From: an uncultured Planctomycetales bacterium | GTDB lineage: Bacteria > Omnitrophota > Gorgyraeia > Zapsychrales > Fredricksoniimonadaceae | Direction of reading: 5' to 3' | Assembly: GCA_964483785.1 (NCBI GenBank) | Contig: CAZACW010000001.1 | Coordinates: forward strand, 50,967 to 114,966 | Length of the DNA stretch: 64,000 nucleotides | In this document: positions 30,001 to 42,000 of the stretch, piece after piece | Layout of the letters: each line of letters starts with the position of its first letter | How positions within the stretch are numbered: position 1 is the stretch's first letter | Notes under the pieces: generated by a model | Seen by the model: the letters and a program-made list of their open reading frames with translations, nothing else | What the model was told of the DNA's origin: nothing | Database searches by the model: none | Program-made: the position numbers and the translations under genes

Positions 30001-33000
30001 TCCCTTAAGATTTTCAGGACCAAGTCATTGGCCTTGGTCGACATTCTGACGACACGGTCATGTTCTTCGGACGATGTTTCCTCGGGGGCTGAAATGATCA
30101 GCGGCGTGCGCCCCTCATCGATCACGACCTGGTCGACCTCATCCACGATGGTAAAATGATGTTCCGGCTTAAGGGCCCCTGCCCTGATCTGGACCATATG
30201 GTCTAAGGAAGTCGCTGTATTGTCACGCGCCGCATCAAAGGCAAATTCACTGCCCGGACCATAGGTAATGTCCTGCTGATAGGCATTTTTACGGTTCACC
30301 GGCAATGCGCCAGGCATATCCATTTGAGGTGTAATCAAGCCGACCGATATGCCTAAGGCCTCAAAGATTTTCCTGTTTTGGTCTCTGTCCCTTTTGGCCA
30401 GGGTGCTTTCAGTGGTCTTAACATGGACCCCGTGGCCTGCCAAGCTGTTGAGATAGGCCGGTGGGACAATGGCCTGGGTCTTGCCTTGGCCCGTCGGCAA
30501 TTCTGCGATGGCGCCGCGGTGCAGGATCATCGCGGTCATTAATTGATTATGAGTAAGATAAAATCCAAGCTCACGATGGATTTGCTCGTTGGCCAATGCA
30601 AAGGCCTCTTCCAGGACCTTGTCCATGGCCTTTTCTTCGGCATCAAATAATTCTCTTTCAGCCTTTTCCAATTTCTTGGCCTGCTTGTCCCTCTCCTTGT
30701 CCGTGAGATTCTTGTCCGCCAATCTGGCATTCAAATCACTCACAGCTTGTCTCTGGTTCTTGGTGGACTCTTGAATAAACCTTCTGATGGCCGCAGATTT
30801 CATGCGGATTTGCCATGCGCTCAATCTTTGCATGGCTGGTTTAAAAGCCTCGATCTTCGGCACCCGGGCTTCGAATTGCTTTAATCCCAGGGCTGTCATG
30901 AATTCCCTGGCCGAGCTCTCGATCTTGAAAGGATTCAAGGTGGGCAGGCCCCTGACAAAGGCCGCGGCATAGCTTGCCTTACTATTGATCTTATCGGCTA
31001 AGACCTTTGCTTTGCTGGGGAAGGTCAAGTCCCTGGCCTCGGCCATCTGTTCCTTGATATTCGCTATAAATGTTTTCTGCTGGTCTGCCAATTGATTCAG
31101 CTGTATCTTGATTTGTTCCGCGGCCTGGCGGAGCTCATCCATTTGCTGATTGGATGTTGGCTGGGCCCAGGATAAATATTCTATCTGGCCCTGGATGGCA
31201 TTGAGCTGATCGCTCGGATTGACAAATCCGGCAGGACTTAAAACAGATAACTGGGTGTTCATCTGGTTGAGGGCGCTGTAATATCCCTGCAGCTGGCCGA
31301 TCACAGCATCCTTAGTCTGCGCGGCCTGGATGTCCTGGGTCCTTGAGGCCAAGATCTGGTCATGAATATTCTGCACCTCCTGCTCGTCCGGTGGAGGGGC
31401 TGAGCCGAAGGTCCCTTGCCCTTCTTCCTGATTATCATTGGAAGCGCCGGCCAGCATGTCCTTGTCAATGCCGATAATGTGGCCGCCGGATATTTCATTC
31501 TGATGGTCTCTGCTAAACCCTAACATGAACGCGGTATCCCTGTTCGAGTCATGGAAGGCCCGTGCCTGCAATTTATATAAGGAAGACAATTGGGAAGCCA
31601 GTCCGTCGATATTAGGATGATAGGTTGTGGGCTCAATCATGCTTGAGGTAGAAGGCCTGGCTTGAGGAATATCATCATTCATGGACGCATAGATAGGATT
31701 GAACCTATACGCCGCGGAGAGCATGCCCTGATCGCTGGTCGCTGGTTCATATTCCTGGTTGTAGCTTGCAAATATCGACGAGATCCTCCAAGGATAGTTA
31801 CTGGGCAGCGTCCTGGCAGCTTCTACTCTTTGCGCCAGCAGGCCAGGGGCCATGGCCGCCCAGCGGTTGGGCCAGGCGCTTCTGCCGGCTTCGGCGTTAT
31901 ATCTTGGCCCTTCATATCTATTGGTCTGGGCCAATTCATCCGGCGGAGGCGACATGGCTCCCCTGGGCTGTATCGGAATCACAGCCTCGCGTGGCTTCGA
32001 CTGTGTGGCTTGGGGAGCGACCGCATGGATCGTGTAATCCTCTTCAGATGCTTCCATGTTCTTGAAGTTTTCCTCAATAAACTTGCGTAATGTTATTCTT
32101 CTGCTCAATGTCTTCAAGCCAAGATTGATGGAAGATCCATTGATCATCAAGGCTTTGTTGGATCCGACCTCCCTCAACATATTTCCCAATTTAAACAACT
32201 GGTCGATAAAGTCAGGGTTTTGGGCCAGGGCAAATTTCTCTTCATTCTTCTCAGCAATGCGAAGGACGGTCCTGGGATCGCTAAACCAAGCCACAAACTC
32301 AGTCTGGTACAATTCAACATCGCGGGCATTGTAGCCCATTTGGGCCAAGAATATCCTGGCAAAATCCTGGATATGCGGCGGCAATAAACTAATAAAGTGC
32401 TTGAAGGCCTGACGGCGCACAGGGTCAGTGAAATCTTTGGCGTGAGACAATTCATGGCGTACCAATTCAATCCTTGTCAAATGGTTACCGGCCAAGCTTT
32501 CCAGATCATGCGCTGTCAAGATCACGGCCCATTCACCCACCGGCTCCCACTTGAGATTGCCATCTTGATCTCTTACCTGGCGGATGGCCCCCTGTTGTTC
32601 AAAAAGGTTTTGAATGATCCTGATCCATTGGGGCCGGTAATTATTTTCAGCCATGGCCTTGTTTAAGATATCAGCGACTTGTTTATTATTGTGATCGAGC
32701 CCTAAGCTCTTGGAGCTATCCGCGAACATGGCATGTTCTGTGATTTCATGCAAAGGCCGTTTGGCCCAATATGGATTTTCCGTCACCAACTGCATGGGGC
32801 CAAAGATCAGCTGCATAAGGGCCGTATCCTGCGTCTCAATATGCATGATGTTGGTGTTCTGGATCCTGCTGACCCTTAAAACCTCATGTTCGCCTAACCG
32901 CATTTGTTCGATATCTTCCTCACGAATGGTGCCGACATGGATAGGTTTAGGAGGATTGGCCAATTGATCGATCATGGCCTGATAGGCATCCCATCTGGAT

Positions 33001-36000
33001 TCGATGTTTCTGTTGATTTGCTCGACTTGGGGAGCGATGAAATGCGTAAAGTCATAATAGGAATCCCTGATCTCCATGTTCTGAATATTGGGATCAGTCG
33101 TGAATTTCTCGATATTACCCTGACGGTCAAGGATGATTCCCCGGCCGGTCAAGGTGTTTGTCACGTTGTATTTACCATCTATCCAATTAACGGTGGTCTG
33201 GGCTGATCCGGTGATTTCTGACAATAAACGTTCGACATAGATGGCGTCTTCACCTTGAGCCACCTCACCTGCTTGGATGCCAGCCGCCCTGATTTTGTGC
33301 ATGAGTTCAGCGACCATTTGAGGATCATGCAAACCACTGTTTAAGAACTGTTCCGAAAGCTTGTCATACTCTTCCACGTCCATGACGCGCACATCTCTCC
33401 AGGCGAAGCGGTCGACACTGTTGAGCTTTAACTGCATGCGCCACAAAGCCCCGAACACCGGGATGTGCTTGGTTTCCTTGAAATTCCTGATGATGCCGGC
33501 ACGCAAATCCGCCGTGGCCGCATGTTCTTGATATACACGAACTGCATCTTCCAATATGACCCGTATCGCTTTTAATTTTGCAGTATTATTTCTATACAGC
33601 CATCTGCCCCCTTCTTCGTCATAAATCAATACTTCATTAAATATGGTTCTGTAGGCCGCACTGTCGTGATCTGCATATTTACCATAATGATCCGCAAGTT
33701 CATCGGCCTTGGGCAGGGCTTCTTCGGCCAAAACCTTGATCTGGCCGCCTACCCGGCGGGAAATTTTGACGGCCTCGCCGGCGCCGCTGCGCTGGAACAG
33801 GACATCGGGATTGCCCGGCACTTCTTCATAATGATAACCTTCTCTTTTATTATCTTTTGCAATAAAGGTGCCGTGCGGTTCAATCGTGACCTCTTCGGAT
33901 CCGCCGTTTGCAATGGCCCCGCGCAGAACCCCCAACAATTCCCTCGTTTGTTGGACCAAGGAATAATTGATACCGCGGCCGCGGCCCAATTTGGTGTGGA
34001 CTTCCTGCAAGTTTCGTATGGCCTCTCGCTCATTGCCGTACACATAACGGTAGAGCATACCTAAAACAAAGGTGGGACCGGCTTCAATCAAGGGGTTGGT
34101 AATGGCTTCATTGACTGACTTTTCTTCTTCATAAACACCTTCATTGACCTGTCTTAAATACCTGGTCCTGTCGATCAGGCGGGACTGGCCCATGATCCTT
34201 AACAATCCTCTATGCATTTCTTCACGGCCTTTGCCGTGGCCCATGACTTCGTGCTGGACAACGCCTGTTTCCTGAATGTTCAGATTAGAAAGACCGGTCA
34301 ATAATGTGGAAATACCAAAAATCATTTCCTCGTCGCTCATGGTGGCTGCGGCTTCCAGTTCTTTCAAGGGGTCCACAAAGGTCTTGGGACTCTTTAATCC
34401 CCTTAAATTCTTGATATATCTGACCATGCGCACCAAAGGATGATCGTTGGATTCAGGAAGGATATGCACCATCATACGGCCATGATAAGGAACGATTTCC
34501 GCTTTGATCCTTAAATTCCTTAACAAATCGAAAATCAGAATGTTGGTTTCTTTTGCCAAATCTTCCTGTTCGCTTTTCTGCAGGGACTTTTCACGCAGAA
34601 GGGTCTTATTGCGCATCAGGGTAATGTGCGCCTTTTTGATCATTTCCAGGCGACCTTTCATGATGCTCCATGGAATCTTCACCTTAGTGTCGCCCCTATC
34701 CTTGGCTTCCTGGACCAATTTTGAGGCAAAGGCACTCTGAACCAAATGTTCATATAAATTTTTCGTATTTTTATCATGGATTACTTCCAATCGTTTAAGC
34801 AGCTCTTCTATTGATCCTTTAAGAAGATTCCCGTCATTATCAATGATGCCCAATGTCCTTAAATCTTCCAACGATCTTTGTGCTTCATCCTCTTTGACAC
34901 CGCTGAAATCATTCAAAGTGATCTTGGGATTGCCCGACAGGCCATAGGTCATCAAGAAATCACGGTTGACAATCCGATGGAAATTCGCAGCTTCAAAGTC
35001 TGAAGTTGGATCGCCACCTATCTCATAAGAGATATCACCTGTGAGATTTCCATGCTCATCCCTATCAGACATCAAGATCCTGCCTGAATCATCATGGCCT
35101 ATTTCACGCGTTACAGATTTTCCATCTTTATCAGTGACTGTCTGGGATATAATCCCTGTAATAGGATCCTTGACCTCAGTCCCATTAAATCCTTCGATCT
35201 CGCGCTCTGGTAAAAGACGTATCCGTGCACGTTCGAATGGAGACCATTTTTGTTTGGCAGAATCCCATATGCGTTCATATTCTACTACGGCCCTCATGAT
35301 ATAAGCATTATGGGTAGGCAATCCCTCCGCCAGCGCCTTTGCCAACTCCTCGCCTCGTTTTTGAATATAGACCCAGTCTTCATATTTGCCGCCTTCAAAG
35401 GAAGTATCATCCTTGGCGATATAGGCTGTGTTCTTGAAAATCACTGCTTTCAGTTGTCCGACGGATGAGGTGATCCCAATCATGCGGTCATCATCCTTGT
35501 TGATCTCATAGGTCAACTCATCGCCCTTTTGCAGATAGATCCCCTTATAATGGACCATCTCATCACTGATGATCATACTGATCACCGACTCCACCGCGCC
35601 GCGGGATGTGATCCGATAGGTTGTCCTTGCCTTGATTTCGCGGTTACCTAAATCCAAGAAACTGAAATCCAGTTTCTCGACTACGCTGAAATGAGCCTCA
35701 CCCCTGGCGATCTCTTCCCTATTAATGGGTTTGATGATCCCCTCAAAGATCACGGCCTTGATCCTGTTGCCAATCTTGTCCCTGACAATCGTGAAGGTCC
35801 TGCCCCAGGTATCGGTACTGCGATGCAGGGTATCTAAATGGCTCAAAACCGTACCATCATGCAGGGTCACGGTTTCATTGTCCTTCAATGCGAAGTGCGA
35901 GGACATGACACTTTCCGTTGTCATGGTATGGGTGGCATCATAATGGTCAACGATGGTCACTTCTTTCTTGCTGACCGGATCAATGACCTTCCGTTCGTGG

Positions 36001-39000
36001 ACCGCTACTGTCTTGGCGCCCTCATGTTCCAGGTTCTGGTCAATCCAGGCTATGGCATGGCCTTTTTCCCAATAAACGCTGTTTTCATCCGGCGCGCTGA
36101 TAAAATTCGGCCTCACGGCGGTCTCAACCACAACGCCTATTTTCTTGCCGACATGATGTTCATCCGGCCTGAATTCGTTGTGCCAGCGGTCCAATTTGAT
36201 ATTCACAAAATTGATGGCCCGGGCTACAACTTCAGGATTATATTCTCGCTGCAAAGCCTCTCTCCATTGATTCAGGATGGATTGTTTGTCGCTATAGGGA
36301 ATTTTCATGAGCCAATGATTGCCGTTCGATGACTTGATCAAGCCCTTATTTGCCAAACGAATGGTCAGAATGCCGATGGCATGATCTGTACCTTCCAGCA
36401 TGGAACGCAGGTCCTGAGTTGTGATATCTGCCGTGTTATTATAAATTTGATCCGGGGCCCAATTCTTTTCATATAACTTGGTATCAAGAAATGCCATGAT
36501 CTTGCCGGCCATTTGCGGACTATAATTTCCGCGCAGAGCCTGTTTCCATTCTTCCGATATGGATTTAGTGCCATCAGCCGGTATATTGATACGGAATTTA
36601 TTCCCGCCCAAATCTTCAATAAGGCCTTTATTAGCCAACCGCATGGTTAGAATGCCGAAAGAATGGTCAGTCCCAGCTAACAGGGCCCGTAATTCCTGAC
36701 CATTGAAATCTGCAGCCTTGACATAGGTCTTGTAAACAGAATGGTTCTTTTCATCATAGACCAAGCCGGGTTGGACGACAAAGCCGCTGACATTATCGAC
36801 AGCCACCCCGCGCCCGCCAGGCGTTGCGTAAATCATGCGTCTGTAGCCAATGCCATTTTCGACTTTATGTAATTGCAGTTTATTATTCTTGTCTGTGTTC
36901 CTGGTAAATGCGTAATTGGTATCTTTATACCAGGCATCCAAGCCGTCGCCATTTTGGGAAGGCAAATAAACCGGTTCTTGTTCTGTCAATTCTGGAAGTT
37001 GATTGTCCCTGCGCCGCTGGTTTTCTTCGTCCCTGGCAGTTTCAATGCGTTTACGCATCACAGCCTCGCGGTTGGTATTCATGCGCTCCAAGCCTTCAGC
37101 GATACCCCTATCTTTGATAGCTGAAGATGTTTGTAGGAGATCTGTTTCAAATTTTTCCATACCAATATCCTGCATGATGGAAATGATCCTTTTCTGTAAT
37201 TCTGCAGGGTCATTCATGGCCCTCAACAAATGAATGCGGTCGCTGTCTTTCTTGATCATGGGATCGTTGAGGCCCAATTCTATAACAAGATCAGCCTTTT
37301 GGCGTTTGCCGGCGAGAATGTCCTGCATGACAGGGGAAAGTCTGCCCATTTCCACGGTCAACATACGCATGGCCGTTTGCAATATGTCTCCTTCAGAACC
37401 CATGCTACCGATAATAATACGCCCGCGATAATCCTCATTGGGCTTAAATGAAATACCTTCCTTAACGGCCGTGACCATGGCAATGTCCCTGCCGCTGACT
37501 TCGGAATACACTCTCAGCAACTGATCAATGCTTTGTATTTCTTTTTTACTATAAACAGCCGGGTTAAGGTCTCCTTCATTGACTCCGTTAAATCTGACAT
37601 TGATTTCATATTTCCCATTACCCCTATCAACCAAGTAATTTTTATTGGCCAATTCCCTGACCAATGCGTTGGACCACTGTTGGGGGTCTTTATCACGCGG
37701 CGTTAAAGTTGCCAAAACGCCTGTTATCCCCTTTTCGATCAAATCATTCCATATCGTCTTATAGAATTCATTGCTCTTGACCATTCTCTTTGATTTAATG
37801 TTTCTGTCCGCATACCGGCCAACAGGAACTATGATTTCATGGTCCTGCATTTCCTGGTTTAGATTACGTCCATACAAGGCTTCATTTACATCCAAAGCAG
37901 CTGCTTTGACATAAGGATTCAGGACGCTAAAACGAAGGGTCTCATCAATAACACCATTAAAAATTTTGGCGTCTTGGCCCAAGGCATCGATCATCTCGTT
38001 TAATTTATTTCTACCTGCTTCTTTGCCCTGCTGTGAAGAATCGGTAAATTGCGCCAATTTAGAACGGTCGATGCCTGTCTCATCATTCCAAATTCCTTCC
38101 TGTCTCATGAAATCAAATACTTCTTTATTCACGGCTTCAAATTTCGCCCGCTGTCTGTCAATCCAAGTCTCGTTCAATTGCTCTACAAACCTGTTACGGG
38201 TGAAGGTATTGCTCAAGTGGGTCAGGGTAAATGATAATAAGTTTTGACCGTCTCCCTGCCGCCCCAGTCTTTCCAAAATCCGGTTGATTAATGAATTAAA
38301 ATGTTCTTTCTCGTTGAGGTTGACATTCCAGCTCTTCACATTTAGTTGTTCCAGCTTAAGAGAGGGGTCAAATTGCACATATCTGGCATTCATCTGGCCA
38401 AACACAGACTCAGCTTCTGAGGGCGTACCTGTAGCTGTCCACGCCTTGGGCATGATTTCACTGGTAAAATGAATAGGTTTGGCTTGGGTGCTTTGCATAT
38501 GCATGGTCATGGCGGCATATTCTTTGTCTGTTATTTCAAAAGGCTCTGATTCTTTGATGCCGCGCGGCTTGATGTCATAGACCTTCATGAAATTCAAGGC
38601 CATGCGCACGCGGTCATTGAAATTATAAGGATCGCCCCAGATCTGCCCAAAGCTGTGTTCACCCATATTGCTACGGACCTCGATGGGTGTAATCCAAAGC
38701 TTTCCGGTTTGGTCCTTGGTAAAGAAGAACAGTTCCCCATGACCTTTGACCACATAGGCCAAGGAATCATAAAGGGCTTTTCTCATGCGGTCATTATACA
38801 ATTCCAAAACGCGGGCCCAATTTTTATCACCGACCTTGGCCTTCCATCGGCCTTCAAGCTCACTGACCATGCCCCTGTCTATCTCATAACCATTACGCAA
38901 GACTTCGCCAGAGCCGCTTCTGTTGCTGCGGATAAATTCATCTAAAATTTCATCCTTGGCTTGCTTGGTGATCTCGGCCTTGGCATTGTCGCTGGTATGA

Positions 39001-42000
39001 TCCTGGCCCGCCTTTTTACGCGCTTCAGTCAATTCCTGGGCCCTTTGGGCAATCTTAGGATCAGTAATGTCCCTGAAGGCCTTGACCAATGTTTCTTCAT
39101 GGCCCCTGTATTCTTCAATCAAGGCGCGGTCTTCCGCGAAATCCGGCCTATCCCAAATTTCGTCCACTTTATCCATCGTACTGCCGTCGATCAGGGGGGC
39201 CATGTTGGCCATGGCATGCTGTTCGTCCCCTAATTGGCCGCGATAAGTTAATGATTCCAAAACTTGTTTAAGCTGTGACAATTGTTCCTCACTCAGCTTG
39301 AGGCCGGTCTTTTCCTTGAAATTCTCTGGGGTGCCCAATCGATCAATCATACGTTGATTGACCCGTCCGTTCTCATGGACATAAGCTTTGTCCTCATCGT
39401 CACCTTGATATTTTTTCAAAGCGTCCATCAATCTGTCCGTTGATACGCCGATGCCTTTAAGCATTTCTGCATTTAAAATACCTTCCAAAACATTCTCGCC
39501 TTTCTCGAATTTATGCAGGGTGATTTCCAGGGCCTCCCGATGATTCAAAACCAGGGCCCTTCCCTTGCCGCCTGGTTTTGTATTAGGCATAAAGCTATCC
39601 CTGCCCTTTTCAGACTGAAGGTCCAATTTATTTCCTGTTAATTCCGGCCTGACAAAACGGCTCCGGTCAATTTTGAGGAAATAATCCTCATTGCCATCTG
39701 TTGTCGTTATGATCAAATTATGGCCTTGATCGGTCAGTACGTCCGCTGCAGCGGCAATGATTTCCGTTTTACCGCCGGCCATGGTCTTGACAAAGACCGT
39801 TAATTTACCGCCATGCTCAGGCGTTTCATCTAAGATCACCGATTGGTATAGATCCTTGATCGCGGTTAAATCTTTATAATCATCAATGCCTTCCCATTTC
39901 CCCTGTTCTGCTTTTTGATTCAACTTGACCAAGACCCTGGCGGCGAATAAGCGCTGCTGGTCCGCCTTATCAAGGGATGTTTTGCCTTTGATCAACTGTT
40001 CATCTTTGATGTTTGGATTGCTTTTAATCTTTCTGGCCATTTCTTCAATAGCTAAGACTTCCTTGCTGACATCTTCGGCCGCTTTAAATACACCCTTGGA
40101 TTCTTTGGTAATATCTATCGTCCTTGTCGACAGAGATCTCTCCCGCGCGGCGATCAAACGGCCGATCAACAAGTCACGGTTGCGGGCGTCAAGATTGACA
40201 ATTCCGCCGACTGTTGCCTTGATCATTTCATCGGTGACATTGCCTTCAACAAAATTATCCTTGTTTAAAATCGGTTTGCCGCTTTCGGACGGCGCTTTTA
40301 ATGCATGGAACACCCTGTCGGCCAGTTGTATCGTGTTTTCTGATGTACCCGTCGATTTAATATCTAAGTCATCCATCAAGGTTGATTGATTGACCTTGCC
40401 TTCCATTTGTTCCTGGATGCTTTGTTGAATCGCCTCTTGATTGCCCTCTAAGCCTAATCTTTTGATCATCCGCACAGCGCCCTTGATAAACGCGACGCTG
40501 TCCGCTGAATTCAAATCCCATTGCCTGCGCTCGACGGTGGCCATGATCCTTTCATCTTCTTCCTGGGCATTGCGTACGGGATCCACATAGGCCATCACAT
40601 TCTTAGGCTCATCAATACCTAAACGCTCTTTCCAATTCATTATTAATCTGTTAAAAGGCTCGGTGTTACCCTTACCCAAAACATCATAAAACTTGCGTTC
40701 TGCGGCCCGGCGGGCTTCCAGGCTCCGGAGGTGGGTCTTAAGGAAATAAGTGTCTATTGTCTTGTCAAAATGGGTGGTGACTTCTGGGGAAGGTGTTCTC
40801 TTGATTAACTTGCTGGGGCCGCCGACTTCGAGGGGTGTAAGTTCGCTTGTCCTGGCTAAAATGGCCTGAACATCTGCAGGAATACTTTGAGGCGGCGCTC
40901 TGGGCGCTTCAGCCCCTCTGGCTTCATTTGGCTTAGGTTTAGTGACAATCACCAAAACTTGATTGTTTTCATCGCCGAATCGCGCGAAAGCCGTGTCTGT
41001 CTTAAGCTCTTGCGCATTGGATTCAAACCGCAAGATAGTCAATTGACGGCCGTCTTTATACTGTGCCCTGCTTTGGTCAATGAACGTTTTTGTTCCGTTC
41101 TTGCCTTGGGCAATCTCGATCACCTTGGACGCGTATTCCTTATTGTAGACTTGATCCCAGTTCGAATGGCCGATTTTGCTGACACCTTTCAAACTTTCCG
41201 CATGGCTCAATTTGGTCTGAATGTCCGCATCGTCCGGGTGGTGCTGCATGGCTAAATAATAACTTTCAGCTGCCCTTTCATAAAGCCCCATTTCCATCAT
41301 GCGGTCTCCGATATCAACGTAGGTTCCTGCGCGGGCACGCATGGCTTCTTGATTGGATAAGATTTCAGAATTCAATAATTCCGGGTTTTCACTTTGAGTT
41401 TCAGCATGTGCCAGGCCTCTATGCACATCCAACAAATTCTCATTAAAGGCAGCCATTCGCTGACTGGTCGAATTCCTAAGAGAAACGATCATTCGATCAA
41501 TGATGGAATCCCATTTTGCTTTCTGGACATCTGAAATACCTGAAGAGCCCTGGAACCTATTTTTAAGTTCAGACAAACTATTAATATGTGCCTGCTTTTC
41601 ACTATCAAAAGCTTGTGCATCACCATGCTCTTGACCCAACCATTGGGTAATTTGATCAATGGTATGGAAGGCATCGTCCCCCAAGTACCTGGCATTAAAC
41701 TTTGCTCTTTCTTTTGCGATATCGGACTTCTCATGCGATTCCTGTGCTAAACCTTCGGCTTCTCCGATGTATTGATTTGAAGCCTCCCTTAAGGTTGACC
41801 GGACAAGATCATTGTGGAATGTCTCAACCGCCTCTTGAAGGGCTCTGGCCACCCACAATTTAACTTGATATTTCTCAGCCACCAACTTCCCCGCCACCGC
41901 GATGGCACTTTTGGCCATTTTATTGAGTTTCACGTCTCCATTGATCATGACCCTTTGGTTTAACTCCACCAATTTTTCCAAGCGATCAATTTCCCCCTGT

